Shown piece by piece: positions 49,879 to 58,919 of a DNA stretch of 64,000 bases; within the stretch, counting starts at the first letter, position 1, and every line of letters begins with the position of its first letter. The translations under genes were made by a program, and so were the position numbers. The notes beneath the pieces are model-generated. The model saw only the letters and a program-made list of their open reading frames with translations, was not told the DNA's origin and ran no database searches. This stretch comes from a virus. Taxonomy: Duplodnaviria > Heunggongvirae > Uroviricota > Caudoviricetes. The DNA lies in the IMG/VR virus record IMGVR_UViG_3300042519_000302. The stretch is one strand, 5' to 3'.

Positions 49879-51917
49879 TATGAAAACAATTTATTTCGTT
49901 TATATTTATTTTTTGATTGTCCAAACATGTTGTTTCTAGAGTCAGTGAAGAGTATGTTTCCTCTCTTCTTCTTAAACATAGAAGCAACTCGTTCATCACC
50001 TGTTCCACCTATCTTACCCATTATTGGGTCCATCTTTAAAGCTTGTGCTATGGCTAACTCTGCAGCTATGATTCTATCAAAGTTACCTGAATCATTATAT
50101 TGAATAATCTCTTCAAGCAATACAGGATCAAATATCTTACTCACACCTAACACTTCTCTAATCACTTCTCCTGCATCATTCTTTTCTACAAAGATTGGAG
50201 CTTCCATATACTTCTTTAAACAAGTGTGAAGATAGTCAATTATCTTCTGACTTGAACGATGAATACCATAATCTCTTTTTACAGTAGTGTTAGGAACAAT
50301 TTCCTTAAGCCACTCAGGTTGTCTTTCTAAAAAGTGAGCATCTCCTTTAGCTTTCATATATTCAATAAAGGATATATCATCATTCTCACAAAGAGCTCTA
50401 GCGTTATAATACTTTATAAGAAGTCTAGCTTGTTCTTCCCAAGTTTCTTTCTTATCAGGTCTTGCACAATACGAAGCTACAAACATATCTTGATACTTCT
50501 CACCACTAATTTCATGCATCCTTTTATATATGTATACAGATCCAAGCGAAGTTGAATATGCAGACTTACCTTGTCTATATGGATCGACTCCTGCTACATA
50601 CAATCCATAAGGTGGATTATCTATAGGAAATTCATATATAACAATAGGTGCTTCTTTTAAGTCTGAGTTCTTTAGAGGGAAGTTAGATATAGGTAGTTTA
50701 TCTGTAAACTCATGAGCTATCTTCTCTCCATCATTAAACAATATAACAGGAGTTCCTGTTCTTTCTTGTTGTAACAGTCTAGTCTTCTGTCTCTTAGCAC
50801 TCTCAATGTCAAATATATTTGTGTCCTCGTTCAAGAAGATATCATCTACTTCTTGAGGATAGTACATCTTTTCTTTTAAATAGGCTATACGATCACCAGC
50901 TTTCTTAAGTCTTTCTAGGTTTTTGTTAGTAATTTCTGTAGCCTTATCTTCATTACTTACAAGCATTTTAACATTATGTAAGTCTGAACTAGTTGGCTCG
51001 TTTAAATATTCTCCTAGTGTAGAATCCTCCTTTGCCTCCATTCTATATTTATGGGAGATAAACAAACCATGTATACGTTTGTCATCTTTAGCATTATTAT
51101 ATGTAAGGAAATTAAAGTTGTCTACGTCAAACATTAAACTTTTGGCATCCATGAATTTCTTCATGTCCCCACCTGTACCAGTAAGAATGGGACTACATCC
51201 CCAGCCATAGGGTGTAGTGAAACCTGGAATAGCAGCCTGTAAGCCTCTAAGAAAATTCCCTTTACCAATCTCATCTATAATTAATTTACGTGGTTTTGTA
51301 CCTGCAATTGCCTCTTCATTATTACCTTCATCAAGGTTACGTATTAGAATGGAAGAGAATGGGATACGTTCACCAGACTTGGTCTTTATACCTAGAGTCA
51401 CTTGGTTCTTCCAGTTATCCTCAATTCTCTGCCACCTCCAATACTCAGGAATGAAATTCAATCCTTTGTCAATCTTATCAGTAATCAGTTTTATATCTGG
51501 GGCATTTAAGCCTGCTATGATATTCTGACTGTTTTCATCAAAGGTCGCACCCCATGCAATATAGGATGCTTCAAGAACAGACTTGGCAAAACGTCTAATA
51601 CCTAGAATGACTAAGCCCCTCTTTTCTTGTTGAGCTCTGTCAATTTCGTTCGTCACAAGCCATTCATTATCTCTCAATAGGGGATTGGCATATTTCTGTG
51701 CAATCCTCCCATAACTATCTATTATATCTACTTCTGTATGCCATATATTAAGGTGCCAGTAAAGGAAAGGGTTAATATATGTACCTCCCATCATAGCTCC
51801 ATTTAAGCATAGCTCTCTGTGGAAGTCAAAGAATGGCTTACACTCCTGAGATTCTTTATCAGGAATACGCTTCTGATTTATAAACCAGTCTTTGTAGTCT
51901 ATACTTTGTAGTTCCAT
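49878..51917 (-). CDS. terL: 679-aa terminase large subunit.
   Basis: It has a deviant Walker A (GIRRFAKSV), a Walker B (KLIIDEIG), and a C-terminal RNaseH-like nuclease segment (VAGVDPYRQGKS). It sits adjacent to the portal. Confidence 0.8.
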   Translation of the reverse strand: MELQSIDYKDWFINQKRIPDKESQECKPFFDFHRELCLNGAMMGGTYINPFLYWHLNIWHTEVDIIDSYGRIAQKYANPLLRDNEWLVTNEIDRAQQEKRGLVILGIRRFAKSVLEASYIAWGATFDENSQNIIAGLNAPDIKLITDKIDKGLNFIPEYWRWQRIEDNWKNQVTLGIKTKSGERIPFSSILIRNLDEGNNEEAIAGTKPRKLIIDEIGKGNFLRGLQAAIPGFTTPYGWGCSPILTGTGGDMKKFMDAKSLMFDVDNFNFLTYNNAKDDKRIHGLFISHKYRMEAKEDSTLGEYLNEPTSSDLHNVKMLVSNEDKATEITNKNLERLKKAGDRIAYLKEKMYYPQEVDDIFLNEDTNIFDIESAKRQKTRLLQQERTGTPVILFNDGEKIAHEFTDKLPISNFPLKNSDLKEAPIVIYEFPIDNPPYGLYVAGVDPYRQGKSAYSTSLGSVYIYKRMHEISGEKYQDMFVASYCARPDKKETWEEQARLLIKYYNARALCENDDISFIEYMKAKGDAHFLERQPEWLKEIVPNTTVKRDYGIHRSSQKIIDYLHTCLKKYMEAPIFVEKNDAGEVIREVLGVSKIFDPVLLEEIIQYNDSGNFDRIIAAELAIAQALKMDPIMGKIGGTGDERVASMFKKKRGNILFTDSRNNMFGQSKNKYKRNKLFS

Positions 51918-52279
51918 TATTTTCTATTTGCTAAGAACTCAGCAGCAGCTCCTGACAACTCACCTTTACCTCTCACTTCTACCTTAGCTTCTTCCATGTT
52001 TCTTAGCTTATCTACCACCTCTATCAATGCTAGATAGTTTTTCATTGTCTCTTGGACAAATTTACCTTGAGCTTCAATAGATGCTATCACCATAGGTAAT
52101 AGTCCTCCTTTTGCTGTAGGTTTCCACTCAATCCTATCTTTCAATTCATGTAGTGGGTTAGCATTTACATAAGCTTTCCATGAAACGAGTTGTGACTCAG
52201 CCCATTCAAGCTCTGTATTTACATATGTAGTTTTTTTAATAGTTGCCATCTTCTTCCTCCTCCTTAAGGATATTATCAA
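51917..52279 (-). CDS. 120-aa protein, function unknown. The likely true start is the internal Met at ~52249.
   Basis: ORF in the operon. The annotated start overlaps the upstream gene by 44 nt. Confidence 0.4.
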   Translation of the reverse strand: MIISLRRRKKMATIKKTTYVNTELEWAESQLVSWKAYVNANPLHELKDRIEWKPTAKGGLLPMVIASIEAQGKFVQETMKNYLALIEVVDKLRNMEEAKVEVRGKGELSGAAAEFLANRK

Positions 52280-52520
52280 GGTCCATGCCCTCTTTAATTA
52301 TTTTTTCAAGTTCAGAGTCATCTGTGTGTGGGACATCCATCTCAATCTCGCTCTTATATTTGCTTAGAGCAAATGCAAGTTCTTTATCTGTTATTCCCCA
52401 AATATCACCATAATCTGCAAGAGCTGTAGCTAGGTGTCTTCCAATATTGTATGTTGGAAAATCACTATGTAGTTCTTGTAGTATATTAATGACTTCTGTA
52501 TAGTGAGTCTTTTTACTCAT
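52236..52520 (-). CDS. 94-aa acidic protein, function unknown.
   Basis: ORF in the operon. Confidence 0.4.
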   Translation of the reverse strand: MSKKTHYTEVINILQELHSDFPTYNIGRHLATALADYGDIWGITDKELAFALSKYKSEIEMDVPHTDDSELEKIIKEGMDLDNILKEEEEDGNY

Positions 52521-52525
52521 TAGTT

Positions 52526-52780
52526 TTATATTAATTCATTTAAATCATCATCTGTTAGCTTTGAAGATGTAATCTCTAAGTCAACACCTATTTCTCCAAA
52601 GTTTTCTTTTCCATGTTCTGTCATATAGTCTTTTGTAAAGGCTATACCCATTCTATCAAACTCAACCCCAGGAACTCCCACTATATCAACATAGTCTATA
52701 CCTTTATTATATAAGTCAACAAGCGTATCAATTAGCCTGTCCAGTGGAATCTTCTCTATTTTCACTTCCCTGTTTTCCAT
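52526..52780 (-). CDS. 84-aa acidic protein, function unknown.
   Basis: ORF in the operon. It overlaps the upstream ORF by 53 nt in a different frame. Confidence 0.4.
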   Translation of the reverse strand: MENREVKIEKIPLDRLIDTLVDLYNKGIDYVDIVGVPGVEFDRMGIAFTKDYMTEHGKENFGEIGVDLEITSSKLTDDDLNELI

Positions 52781-53075
52781 ATATTGTTTGTATTAATTGA
52801 TCTTCATCTTCCTTAGATTCCATTTCTGGTCCCCATTTGTCTATAGGACAGCTACAAGATAAACACTTAGTTTTGGCTGATAGGACACATCCACAATGGG
52901 TGCAATGCTTATCAAATCTACGAGGCTTCTTAGGTTTGTTCTCAGAACACCATTCGCATTGATCACAAATGGCCATACGTTCCTGGCTCACTTGTCTAAT
53001 CTGTTCTTTTATTTCATCAGCTGGAAAGAGGTTGTTCTTCCACCCCTCGTATATCTGAGAGAAGTTGATCTTCAT
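52728..53075 (-). CDS. 115-aa zinc-finger protein (CDQCEWC ... CTHCGC ... CLSCSC). The start may be the internal Met at ~52979.
   Basis: There are four CxxC-type pairs. The annotated start overlaps the HU-like gene by 59 nt. Confidence 0.5.
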   Translation of the reverse strand: MKINFSQIYEGWKNNLFPADEIKEQIRQVSQERMAICDQCEWCSENKPKKPRRFDKHCTHCGCVLSAKTKCLSCSCPIDKWGPEMESKEDEDQLIQTIYGKQGSENREDSTGQAN

Positions 53076-53418
53076 ATATAGTTTTTGTTGTTAGCAAATT
53101 GATCAGAGCTTCTGTTTTCTCTAGTGTCACCTTAGATGAACGTTTCTTTTGTTCAGATGTAGTTTCATCTATTATTATCCTTTCCATTGCCTGCTTCTTA
53201 GCATTCAACTGTCCTAGTCGTTTTACAGCTTTCTTCTCATTAAAATAGAACTTACCAAAGCCAGATATCTCCAGACTATTGTTAAGATCCATTGCCTCAT
53301 TGGCAGACTGAAACTGATGGTTCACCACAGCTTCAATCATCTTTTCACTCATCATCATCTTAACTGCAAGGGTCCTAACTAGGAAGTCTTTGACAGACAT
53401 GCTTATAGGCTTATCCAT
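53017..53418 (-). CDS. 133-aa HU/IHF-family histone-like DNA-binding protein.
   Basis: It has an HU-type beta-arm signature, GFGKFYFNEKKAVKRLG (compare GFG(T/K)F of HupA/IHF), preceded by a helix-turn and followed by a C-terminal extension. An IHF-like gene in the packaging module is typical of crAss-like phages. Confidence 0.65.
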   Translation of the reverse strand: MDKPISMSVKDFLVRTLAVKMMMSEKMIEAVVNHQFQSANEAMDLNNSLEISGFGKFYFNEKKAVKRLGQLNAKKQAMERIIIDETTSEQKKRSSKVTLEKTEALINLLTTKTIYEDQLLSDIRGVEEQPLSS

Positions 53419-53785
53419 GTATTAGACTTATTTGTAATACAATATCCTTGTCGAAGTTGAGCAGAATAAGAGGATTGACCTTCACCTTTGTCCCATCCTT
53501 TACAAACACACCCATCTTCTTCAGCTTACTAATAATGTTATTGATTGCAGGAGATGTGCTGTCGTATTTCTCACAAAACTCCTTACGTATGTTAGCATAG
53601 GATATATTACCCTTCATAGCAGCAAACGCAATAAGCTGTATCTCCCTGTTTGTCAACTTAAGGTCGTTGACAGATGACAAGATCCTGTAATACTTCTCAG
53701 CCAGGACGTAACTGTCCTCCACTGATTTTTTCAGTCGTTGTACAATGGGAGATTTAGGTTTGGTTTCCATAATTAGTTGATACAA
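53411..53785 (-). CDS. 124-aa protein, function unknown.
   Basis: ORF in the operon. Confidence 0.4.
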   Translation of the reverse strand: MYQLIMETKPKSPIVQRLKKSVEDSYVLAEKYYRILSSVNDLKLTNREIQLIAFAAMKGNISYANIRKEFCEKYDSTSPAINNIISKLKKMGVFVKDGTKVKVNPLILLNFDKDIVLQISLIHG

Positions 53786-53848
53786 AGGTATGTATATCTT
53801 ACCTATCTACAAATAACAATTTTAGTTATTATAAAACTTAATGCTATA

Positions 53849-54094
53849 TTATGCATCAAATCTCCTAAACAGGAAAATAAAGCTAAATAACAACAGTCCT
53901 ATCCTAAGCTCTTGTTCTAATCCTCCATCGTCTAGCTTGTAGTTTCTATTAGACACTCCTAGTTCAAAACTGTTATAGTCTTTAGGGAGAAACTCTATAC
54001 CTATCTCATACTCCTCAAAGCAGACTAACCCCCATACAATCACTGCCATACTAAGCAATATCACTATTGTCAACAACACATTTACTACTACCAT
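53849..54094 (-). CDS. 81-aa small membrane protein with an N-terminal TM helix and a second C-terminal hydrophobic segment. It is the first gene of the minus-strand operon.
   Basis: Hydrophobic stretches VVNVLLTIVILLSMAVIVWGLV and IGLLLFSFIFLF. Confidence 0.45.
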   Translation of the reverse strand: MVVVNVLLTIVILLSMAVIVWGLVCFEEYEIGIEFLPKDYNSFELGVSNRNYKLDDGGLEQELRIGLLLFSFIFLFRRFDA

Positions 54095-54472
54095 ATATCT
54101 AAGCTTTGTTTACAGGGAGGAATTAACAGGGCCCCCCCTAAATCCCCCCCAAAGATACTGCTAAATAAATTTACCAGCCAAATTTATTTTTTCCTATTAT
54201 CAAAACTTGCAGGATTTTCTAGTTTTGATACAACAGGTTATTATAATCATGGATATGCACGATAACCTGAATTATCGTTATTATACACGATAGGGTATAA
54301 TGTCCCATATATGCTATAACATATAATATGTAAGATGATTCCATCATTATATGTAAATCCATATCATAATGTGTCATAAAAGCAACATTGTTAAGCTGAG
54401 CGTGTCCCTTATAAGACACATTATGTAAAGCTATAGATTGACTTTTGGCAGAATATAATCAAGCTATAACTT

Positions 54473-54591
54473 GCCAAATCAGGAAGTGAAACACAGCCAA
54501 ACCAGGAAGTCTTTGTTACCTATATATATAAATCTGTAACAAATACCTATATAAATATGTCACAAATATTTGAAAAACTGTGACACAATAT
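54473..54591. promoter_or_regulatory. Iteron-like direct repeats in the divergent control region. There are 2 copies of CCAAA(T/C)CAGGAAGT at 54475 and 54497, and 3 copies of TGTNACA(A/C)AATA at 54535, 54558 and 54579. All are spaced ~21-23 bp apart.
   Basis: Read directly from the sequence. The periodicity is about two helical turns. Confidence 0.55.
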
Positions 54592-54672
54592 GCATGAAAC
54601 TTTTGGAAAAATTCATGCAAACGTTCCTTGTGGAACTATCCTGTGCTTTGACTATGTACACAATTTTCTATA

Positions 54673-54737
54673 TGCCCCCAGTCTTATCAGCCCATCCCCT
54701 CTAGCCCCCCAAAATTTTACATAGCCCCCAGTCTTAT
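54673..54737. repeat. A 14-bp GC-rich direct repeat GCCCCCAGTCTTAT (54673-54686 and 54724-54737), followed by an imperfect GC-rich hairpin (ggaggagggta ... tacccctcc, 54748-54782).
   Basis: Read from the sequence. The GC-rich islands stand out against an otherwise AT-rich intergenic region. Confidence 0.6.
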
Positions 54738-54839
54738 TGTATCCATGGGGGAGGAGGGTACTTCCAGTTGGCTACCCCTCCTGCAAATGGGGGATTGGGT
54801 CAGTCCCCCACTATTAATAAAGCCTAAAACACAATTAAC

Positions 54840-55247
54840 ATGGCAAATTTAACATTGAACAAAGTTCAGTATCAATCTTCAAGCGAAGATTACAATTGGG
54901 AAACTGCAGGAACAGTAGCCTCTAATTTCAAAGGTCACACAATGAGATTCACTAACAACAACATTGCTAATGACAAAAAGCGTCTCACTATCATTACCAA
55001 GAAAGGTAAGGATGAGTTCACTCTTTCTTGTAGTGGTCCATTGTCCATCAAAGTAAGAAAGGCTTTGAAAGAAGGATTGAGTAAGAAGAGTGCATTAAGT
55101 GCATTAGTTCAACTTGATTTGAATGTTGACCCTGAAGATAACACGCGTTACTTCATCTTCCAACCTAAAGGCGATGCAAATGATGCCTTCACTGTTGCTG
55201 ACTTGACAGAAGAAGCTATCACCTATGATGAGCTTGCTGCTTATTAG
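54840..55247 (+). CDS. 135-aa early protein, function unknown.
   Basis: First plus-strand ORF after the divergent region, followed by a strong terminator. Confidence 0.5.
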   Translation: MANLTLNKVQYQSSSEDYNWETAGTVASNFKGHTMRFTNNNIANDKKRLTIITKKGKDEFTLSCSGPLSIKVRKALKEGLSKKSALSALVQLDLNVDPEDNTRYFIFQPKGDANDAFTVADLTEEAITYDELAAY

Positions 55248-55254
55248 TAGCATA

Positions 55255-55290
55255 AAGAGAGCAGTCTTAATTGATTGCTCTCTTTTTCTT
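55255..55290 (+). terminator. Intrinsic terminator with a stem aagagagca/tgctctctt (55255-55263 / 55276-55284), a 12-nt loop, and a TTTTTCTT tail.
   Basis: A perfect 9-bp stem plus a T-run, 8 nt after the stop codon. Confidence 0.7.
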
Positions 55291-55627
55291 ATATAGGGTG
55301 GGCTGAAGGCTTTAGGGTGGGGACTATTGACTAACTAACTCATTGATTATCAACATTTTGTTTGTGATTGAGAGAGGTGGTGTGTACTCTTTACCCACTT
55401 ATTACCACATTTTGACACATCATTAATAACAGCTATACAATACAATATATATAGCATTAAATAGCATTTATATGTACAACGTTAAAAGATTTCATATACA
55501 GCTTACTAAAGATAGTGAGTGGACTATTGAGTTAGGGCATTCATTAGCTCATGTTATGCAGACATTAGTATTAGACTATTCTGCTACACCATATTCATAT
55601 TTTATCACTGAGTATTAAATAACATTT

Positions 55628-55825
55628 ATGACTACGAGAACAAAGATATCTAACTGTGATGTTAGAATTAAAGCAGTGGCTGAACCTTATGGTTTTAAGA
55701 CTCTTGGTACATTTCATAAGTTCCTTAAGCAATGTAATCCTTCTGCTAAGCTCTATTATGGTATTAGTCATATTAGAGTGACAGAGATGTTAAGGTTTGT
55801 TGAAAGATTTTATTTAACCAATTAA
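55628..55825 (+). CDS. 65-aa early protein, function unknown.
   Basis: ORF. Confidence 0.35.
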   Translation: MTTRTKISNCDVRIKAVAEPYGFKTLGTFHKFLKQCNPSAKLYYGISHIRVTEMLRFVERFYLTN

Positions 55826-55836
55826 ATCATATTTAT

Positions 55837-56040
55837 ATGAGAAACTACAAAGTTACATACTTACAAGAAGATTATTCTATTAGAGTTAAATTCATTGCTG
55901 CTAATAGTGCTGATGAAGCTAGATTATTAGTCTATAATGATATAGTTGATTGTATTCAGACGTTAAGTGCTGAATGTACACAATCAATATCTATATTGAA
56001 TGGTGATATGGCTAATGAGTTTAATGACACACATTATTAA
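55837..56040 (+). CDS. 67-aa early protein, function unknown.
   Basis: ORF. Confidence 0.35.
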   Translation: MRNYKVTYLQEDYSIRVKFIAANSADEARLLVYNDIVDCIQTLSAECTQSISILNGDMANEFNDTHY

Positions 56041-56085
56041 CCAAGCCTCTTATTTTTATTCACACACATATTAAATAAAAAACAC

Positions 56086-56598
56086 ATGAAGAAGATTAAA
56101 GTCTTAATAGACAATGGATTTATTACATTACAAGATGTATTCGATTATGTTGATTCAGGAGCTTATCTTAATTCAAGAGCACCTGAAAACAATGCTGATC
56201 AAATGGCTAGAGATGATGATAATGATCAAATGGAATGGTCTGATGACTATTACAAACAACTAGCTGCTGAAAATGAGGCTGCAGAACAATTAGCTCATGA
56301 GCTTAATCGTACAGATTATATTGACGCTCATCCAGAGTATGTTCTTGCTTCTACAAGTGATCTTATGGAAGAGACAATGGTATTTCCTTCTAATAAAGAT
56401 GGAGATATCACTGATTTGGGTGATCTTGCCTGTTTAGCATTAAGATATGGCTCTGATAATTGGGAAGATCCTATAGCTGCTATTATTCAATTAAACACTG
56501 ATGAGTATAAGTATATACATGTCAAGACGCTTAATGGTGGTAACAACATACACAATCTATTCAAAAGAATCACAGTTTCAGATATCGTAGTCATTTAA
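56086..56598 (+). CDS. 170-aa strongly acidic early protein. Candidate DNA-mimic / anti-restriction-type protein.
   Basis: The composition has a very high D/E content and an A/C-rich leader before the ATG. Confidence 0.4.
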   Translation: MKKIKVLIDNGFITLQDVFDYVDSGAYLNSRAPENNADQMARDDDNDQMEWSDDYYKQLAAENEAAEQLAHELNRTDYIDAHPEYVLASTSDLMEETMVFPSNKDGDITDLGDLACLALRYGSDNWEDPIAAIIQLNTDEYKYIHVKTLNGGNNIHNLFKRITVSDIVVI

Positions 56599-56696
56599 AC
56601 ACACAATATATATATCTCTGTCATTAGCCTTTAGCGTACCAAAGGCGATATATATTATATAACACATTATTAATCAATCATTTAACACACAATCAC

Positions 56697-56990
56697 ATGA
56701 AACTAGAACTTATTAGAGATGACAACAACAACTTGAGTGGTTATAAAATCATTCGAGAGACAGAAGATGAACTTGAAGCCATTGAGATGGTTAGAGATAT
56801 GTACTTTTGGGGACATTTAGGTAAGCTTAAGTATGGTGGACGCTGTTCTGAACCAGGAACAGATAACACTATGGAGCTTAAGTTTGTCACTCAAGAGTAT
56901 GCAGACCAACAAAAAGAGAAGATTAATAGATTGGTAGAAGAGTATAAACAACAGAAATTAGCTAACACAAACAAAATCAATCAGTTATGA
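56697..56990 (+). CDS. 97-aa early protein, function unknown.
   Basis: ORF. Confidence 0.4.
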   Translation: MKLELIRDDNNNLSGYKIIRETEDELEAIEMVRDMYFWGHLGKLKYGGRCSEPGTDNTMELKFVTQEYADQQKEKINRLVEEYKQQKLANTNKINQL

Positions 56991-57208
56991 ACAAATTATT
57001 TAACAGAATTGAATGGACAGGCTGGTGCTTGTTCATTGTTTTAATTATGCCAGTTGTATTATTAACAATGGCTGAACCAACATTTGATGATGAACCACAA
57101 CAAAATCTTCCTAATTGGATAGCATTGAGTTGGGTGGGATTAACAGTATTTAGCGTATTTCTCATTATAATAGGAAACAAATTGAACAAAACACACAAAA
57201 CCAATTAG
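56987..57208 (+). CDS. 73-aa small membrane protein with two predicted TM helices.
   Basis: Hydrophobic segments. A 4-nt overlap with the upstream gene. Confidence 0.45.
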   Translation: MNKLFNRIEWTGWCLFIVLIMPVVLLTMAEPTFDDEPQQNLPNWIALSWVGLTVFSVFLIIIGNKLNKTHKTN

Positions 57209-57212
57209 TTAT

Positions 57213-57404
57213 ATGAAACTATTTAATTTATTTATGGCCATTATGATGACTTTAATTACGACAACTCTTATCCTATGGATATTATATACCTTTGAAGAGA
57301 GTAATCTTGGATGGAGTATGCTTACATTTGTATCTTCTGTAGGATATATATTAGCAGCATTATTTGTTTACAATTACAAACACAACACAAAAAAGATTGG
57401 CTAG
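57213..57404 (+). CDS. 63-aa small membrane protein with two predicted TM helices.
   Basis: Hydrophobic segments. Confidence 0.45.
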   Translation: MKLFNLFMAIMMTLITTTLILWILYTFEESNLGWSMLTFVSSVGYILAALFVYNYKHNTKKIG

Positions 57405-57488
57405 TTGGTAATATGTGTGTTAGATTTAGGACTCTGCTTCCCCTAGCAGGGTCCTTATTTACACCTCTAGCTGCAAAAACAAACAATT

Positions 57489-58064
57489 ATGTTTATATTA
57501 GCAAAACTTATATTTAAATCATATATGCCCAAGCAATTGGAAATAGGTATGTGGTTTAAAAGAGATCACAGTGATGTGGTCTATGGTAAGGTATATAATT
57601 ATATCACCATATATGAATTAAAAGAAATACCATATGACATGTATCATTACATGTCTATTAGTGGTGCACCTGTTGAGCCATACATTATTCAACCAATGCG
57701 TAATTCTGATGAACCAGAAGAAATACTTGTACGTCCTGAGCACATAGGTTGGTGGGAAGATAACCTTGCTGAAGAGAATGAAGATGGTACATGGACAGAT
57801 CACACTACATTGGAAGACATTAGTCCCAAGATTATCAATGATTGGTTATATGGTGAGAATGGTGATAATGATGGTCTCATAGCCCTTGAGGTAGATGATG
57901 AGACTAGAGAGCCATTGTTATATGAAGACACCAATAAGGTGATGATTAAACAAGCTGACTTTGTAGATGAGGATGAAGATGGTTCTATGGATATAGAAGA
58001 TGAAGAACCTTGGGACGATATGGATGATTTAACTGAATACGACTCAGATCATGAAACAGAATAA
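57489..58064 (+). CDS. 191-aa protein with an extremely acidic C-terminal tail (DFVDEDEDGSMDIEDEEPWDDMDDLTEYDSDHETE).
   Basis: ORF; the call is from composition. Confidence 0.45.
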   Translation: MFILAKLIFKSYMPKQLEIGMWFKRDHSDVVYGKVYNYITIYELKEIPYDMYHYMSISGAPVEPYIIQPMRNSDEPEEILVRPEHIGWWEDNLAEENEDGTWTDHTTLEDISPKIINDWLYGENGDNDGLIALEVDDETREPLLYEDTNKVMIKQADFVDEDEDGSMDIEDEEPWDDMDDLTEYDSDHETE

Positions 58065-58248
58065 TAAACCCTTTAAAACCAAAGAGATGAAGAAGTTATA
58101 TGAAATTTTATTTGAAGATAAAAAGCCTGAACAACAACCATTAAAGCTTGAGATAAAGCTTATGTCTACTGCTACACCTGATGAGCAATTAGATGAAAAT
58201 GAATGGTATAAATTGATTTATGATTTAAATAATAAGAGATTAGGTTAG
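58051..58248 (+). CDS. 65-aa protein, function unknown.
   Basis: ORF. Confidence 0.35.
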   Translation: MKQNNKPFKTKEMKKLYEILFEDKKPEQQPLKLEIKLMSTATPDEQLDENEWYKLIYDLNNKRLG

Positions 58249-58250
58249 AT

Positions 58251-58670
58251 GTGTGTGTGGTTAGTAAACGAGAAAGCCCTGCAGAAATGTGGGGCTTTTC
58301 TTATTTAATTATTCAATTATCAATTATGCCTACAGTAATTATACCTAACAAGATATGTCCTCACTGTAATGGGACTAAATGGTATGTTAATCAAAAAACT
58401 GGTCAATATGTATGTTATCAAAGATTATTAGAATCTACTAAAAGGTATCATACATCAAAAGCAGGTAAAGCTGCTCTTAAACGTGCAAAGAATAAACAAT
58501 CTGAAAAGCTCACTGATTATTATATTGTAAATAATTATTATATTAATGCATATGTATCAGAAGGTGTAAAGATAGATCGCAAACACGTAACAAAAGAATA
58601 TATAGAATTACAAAGAAACAAAATCAAATTACAAAGACAATTAAATTTAACAAGTTATGGCAACAGCTAA
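58251..58670 (+). CDS. 139-aa protein with a zinc-ribbon motif (CPHCNGTKWYV ... QYVCYQ) and a basic C-terminal half.
   Basis: A CxxC ... CxxC-like pattern. Possibly nucleic-acid binding. Confidence 0.4.
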   Translation: MCVVSKRESPAEMWGFSYLIIQLSIMPTVIIPNKICPHCNGTKWYVNQKTGQYVCYQRLLESTKRYHTSKAGKAALKRAKNKQSEKLTDYYIVNNYYINAYVSEGVKIDRKHVTKEYIELQRNKIKLQRQLNLTSYGNS

Positions 58671-58890
58671 AAAACAAACAATCAAGACAATTAACGTAAC
58701 AGATGTAATTAATGTAACAAGAGATATGGGTGATAGTCTTGCTACGATGTATTACAGTAACAAAGATTTAAAAGTGGCAGGATTAGCCTTATCAGGTTAT
58801 AAAACTGCTATTAGTGCTGCAAAAGCTCAAATCATATATAAGAAACTTACAGGTAGTCCAGAAACCATTGACTTCTTTGAAAACAAATAG
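58657..58890 (+). CDS. 77-aa protein, function unknown.
   Basis: ORF. Confidence 0.35.
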   Translation: MATAKKQTIKTINVTDVINVTRDMGDSLATMYYSNKDLKVAGLALSGYKTAISAAKAQIIYKKLTGSPETIDFFENK

Positions 58891-58919
58891 TAATTTATTA
58901 ACAATCAAAAATAGAACAC

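Noticed and set aside
54219-54419. 66-aa minus-strand ORF in the divergent region.
   Set aside because: It lies in a repeat- and AT-rich regulatory stretch (TATAAT-like boxes, cacgata repeats), and it has an odd His/Tyr/Met-rich composition. More likely non-coding promoter DNA.
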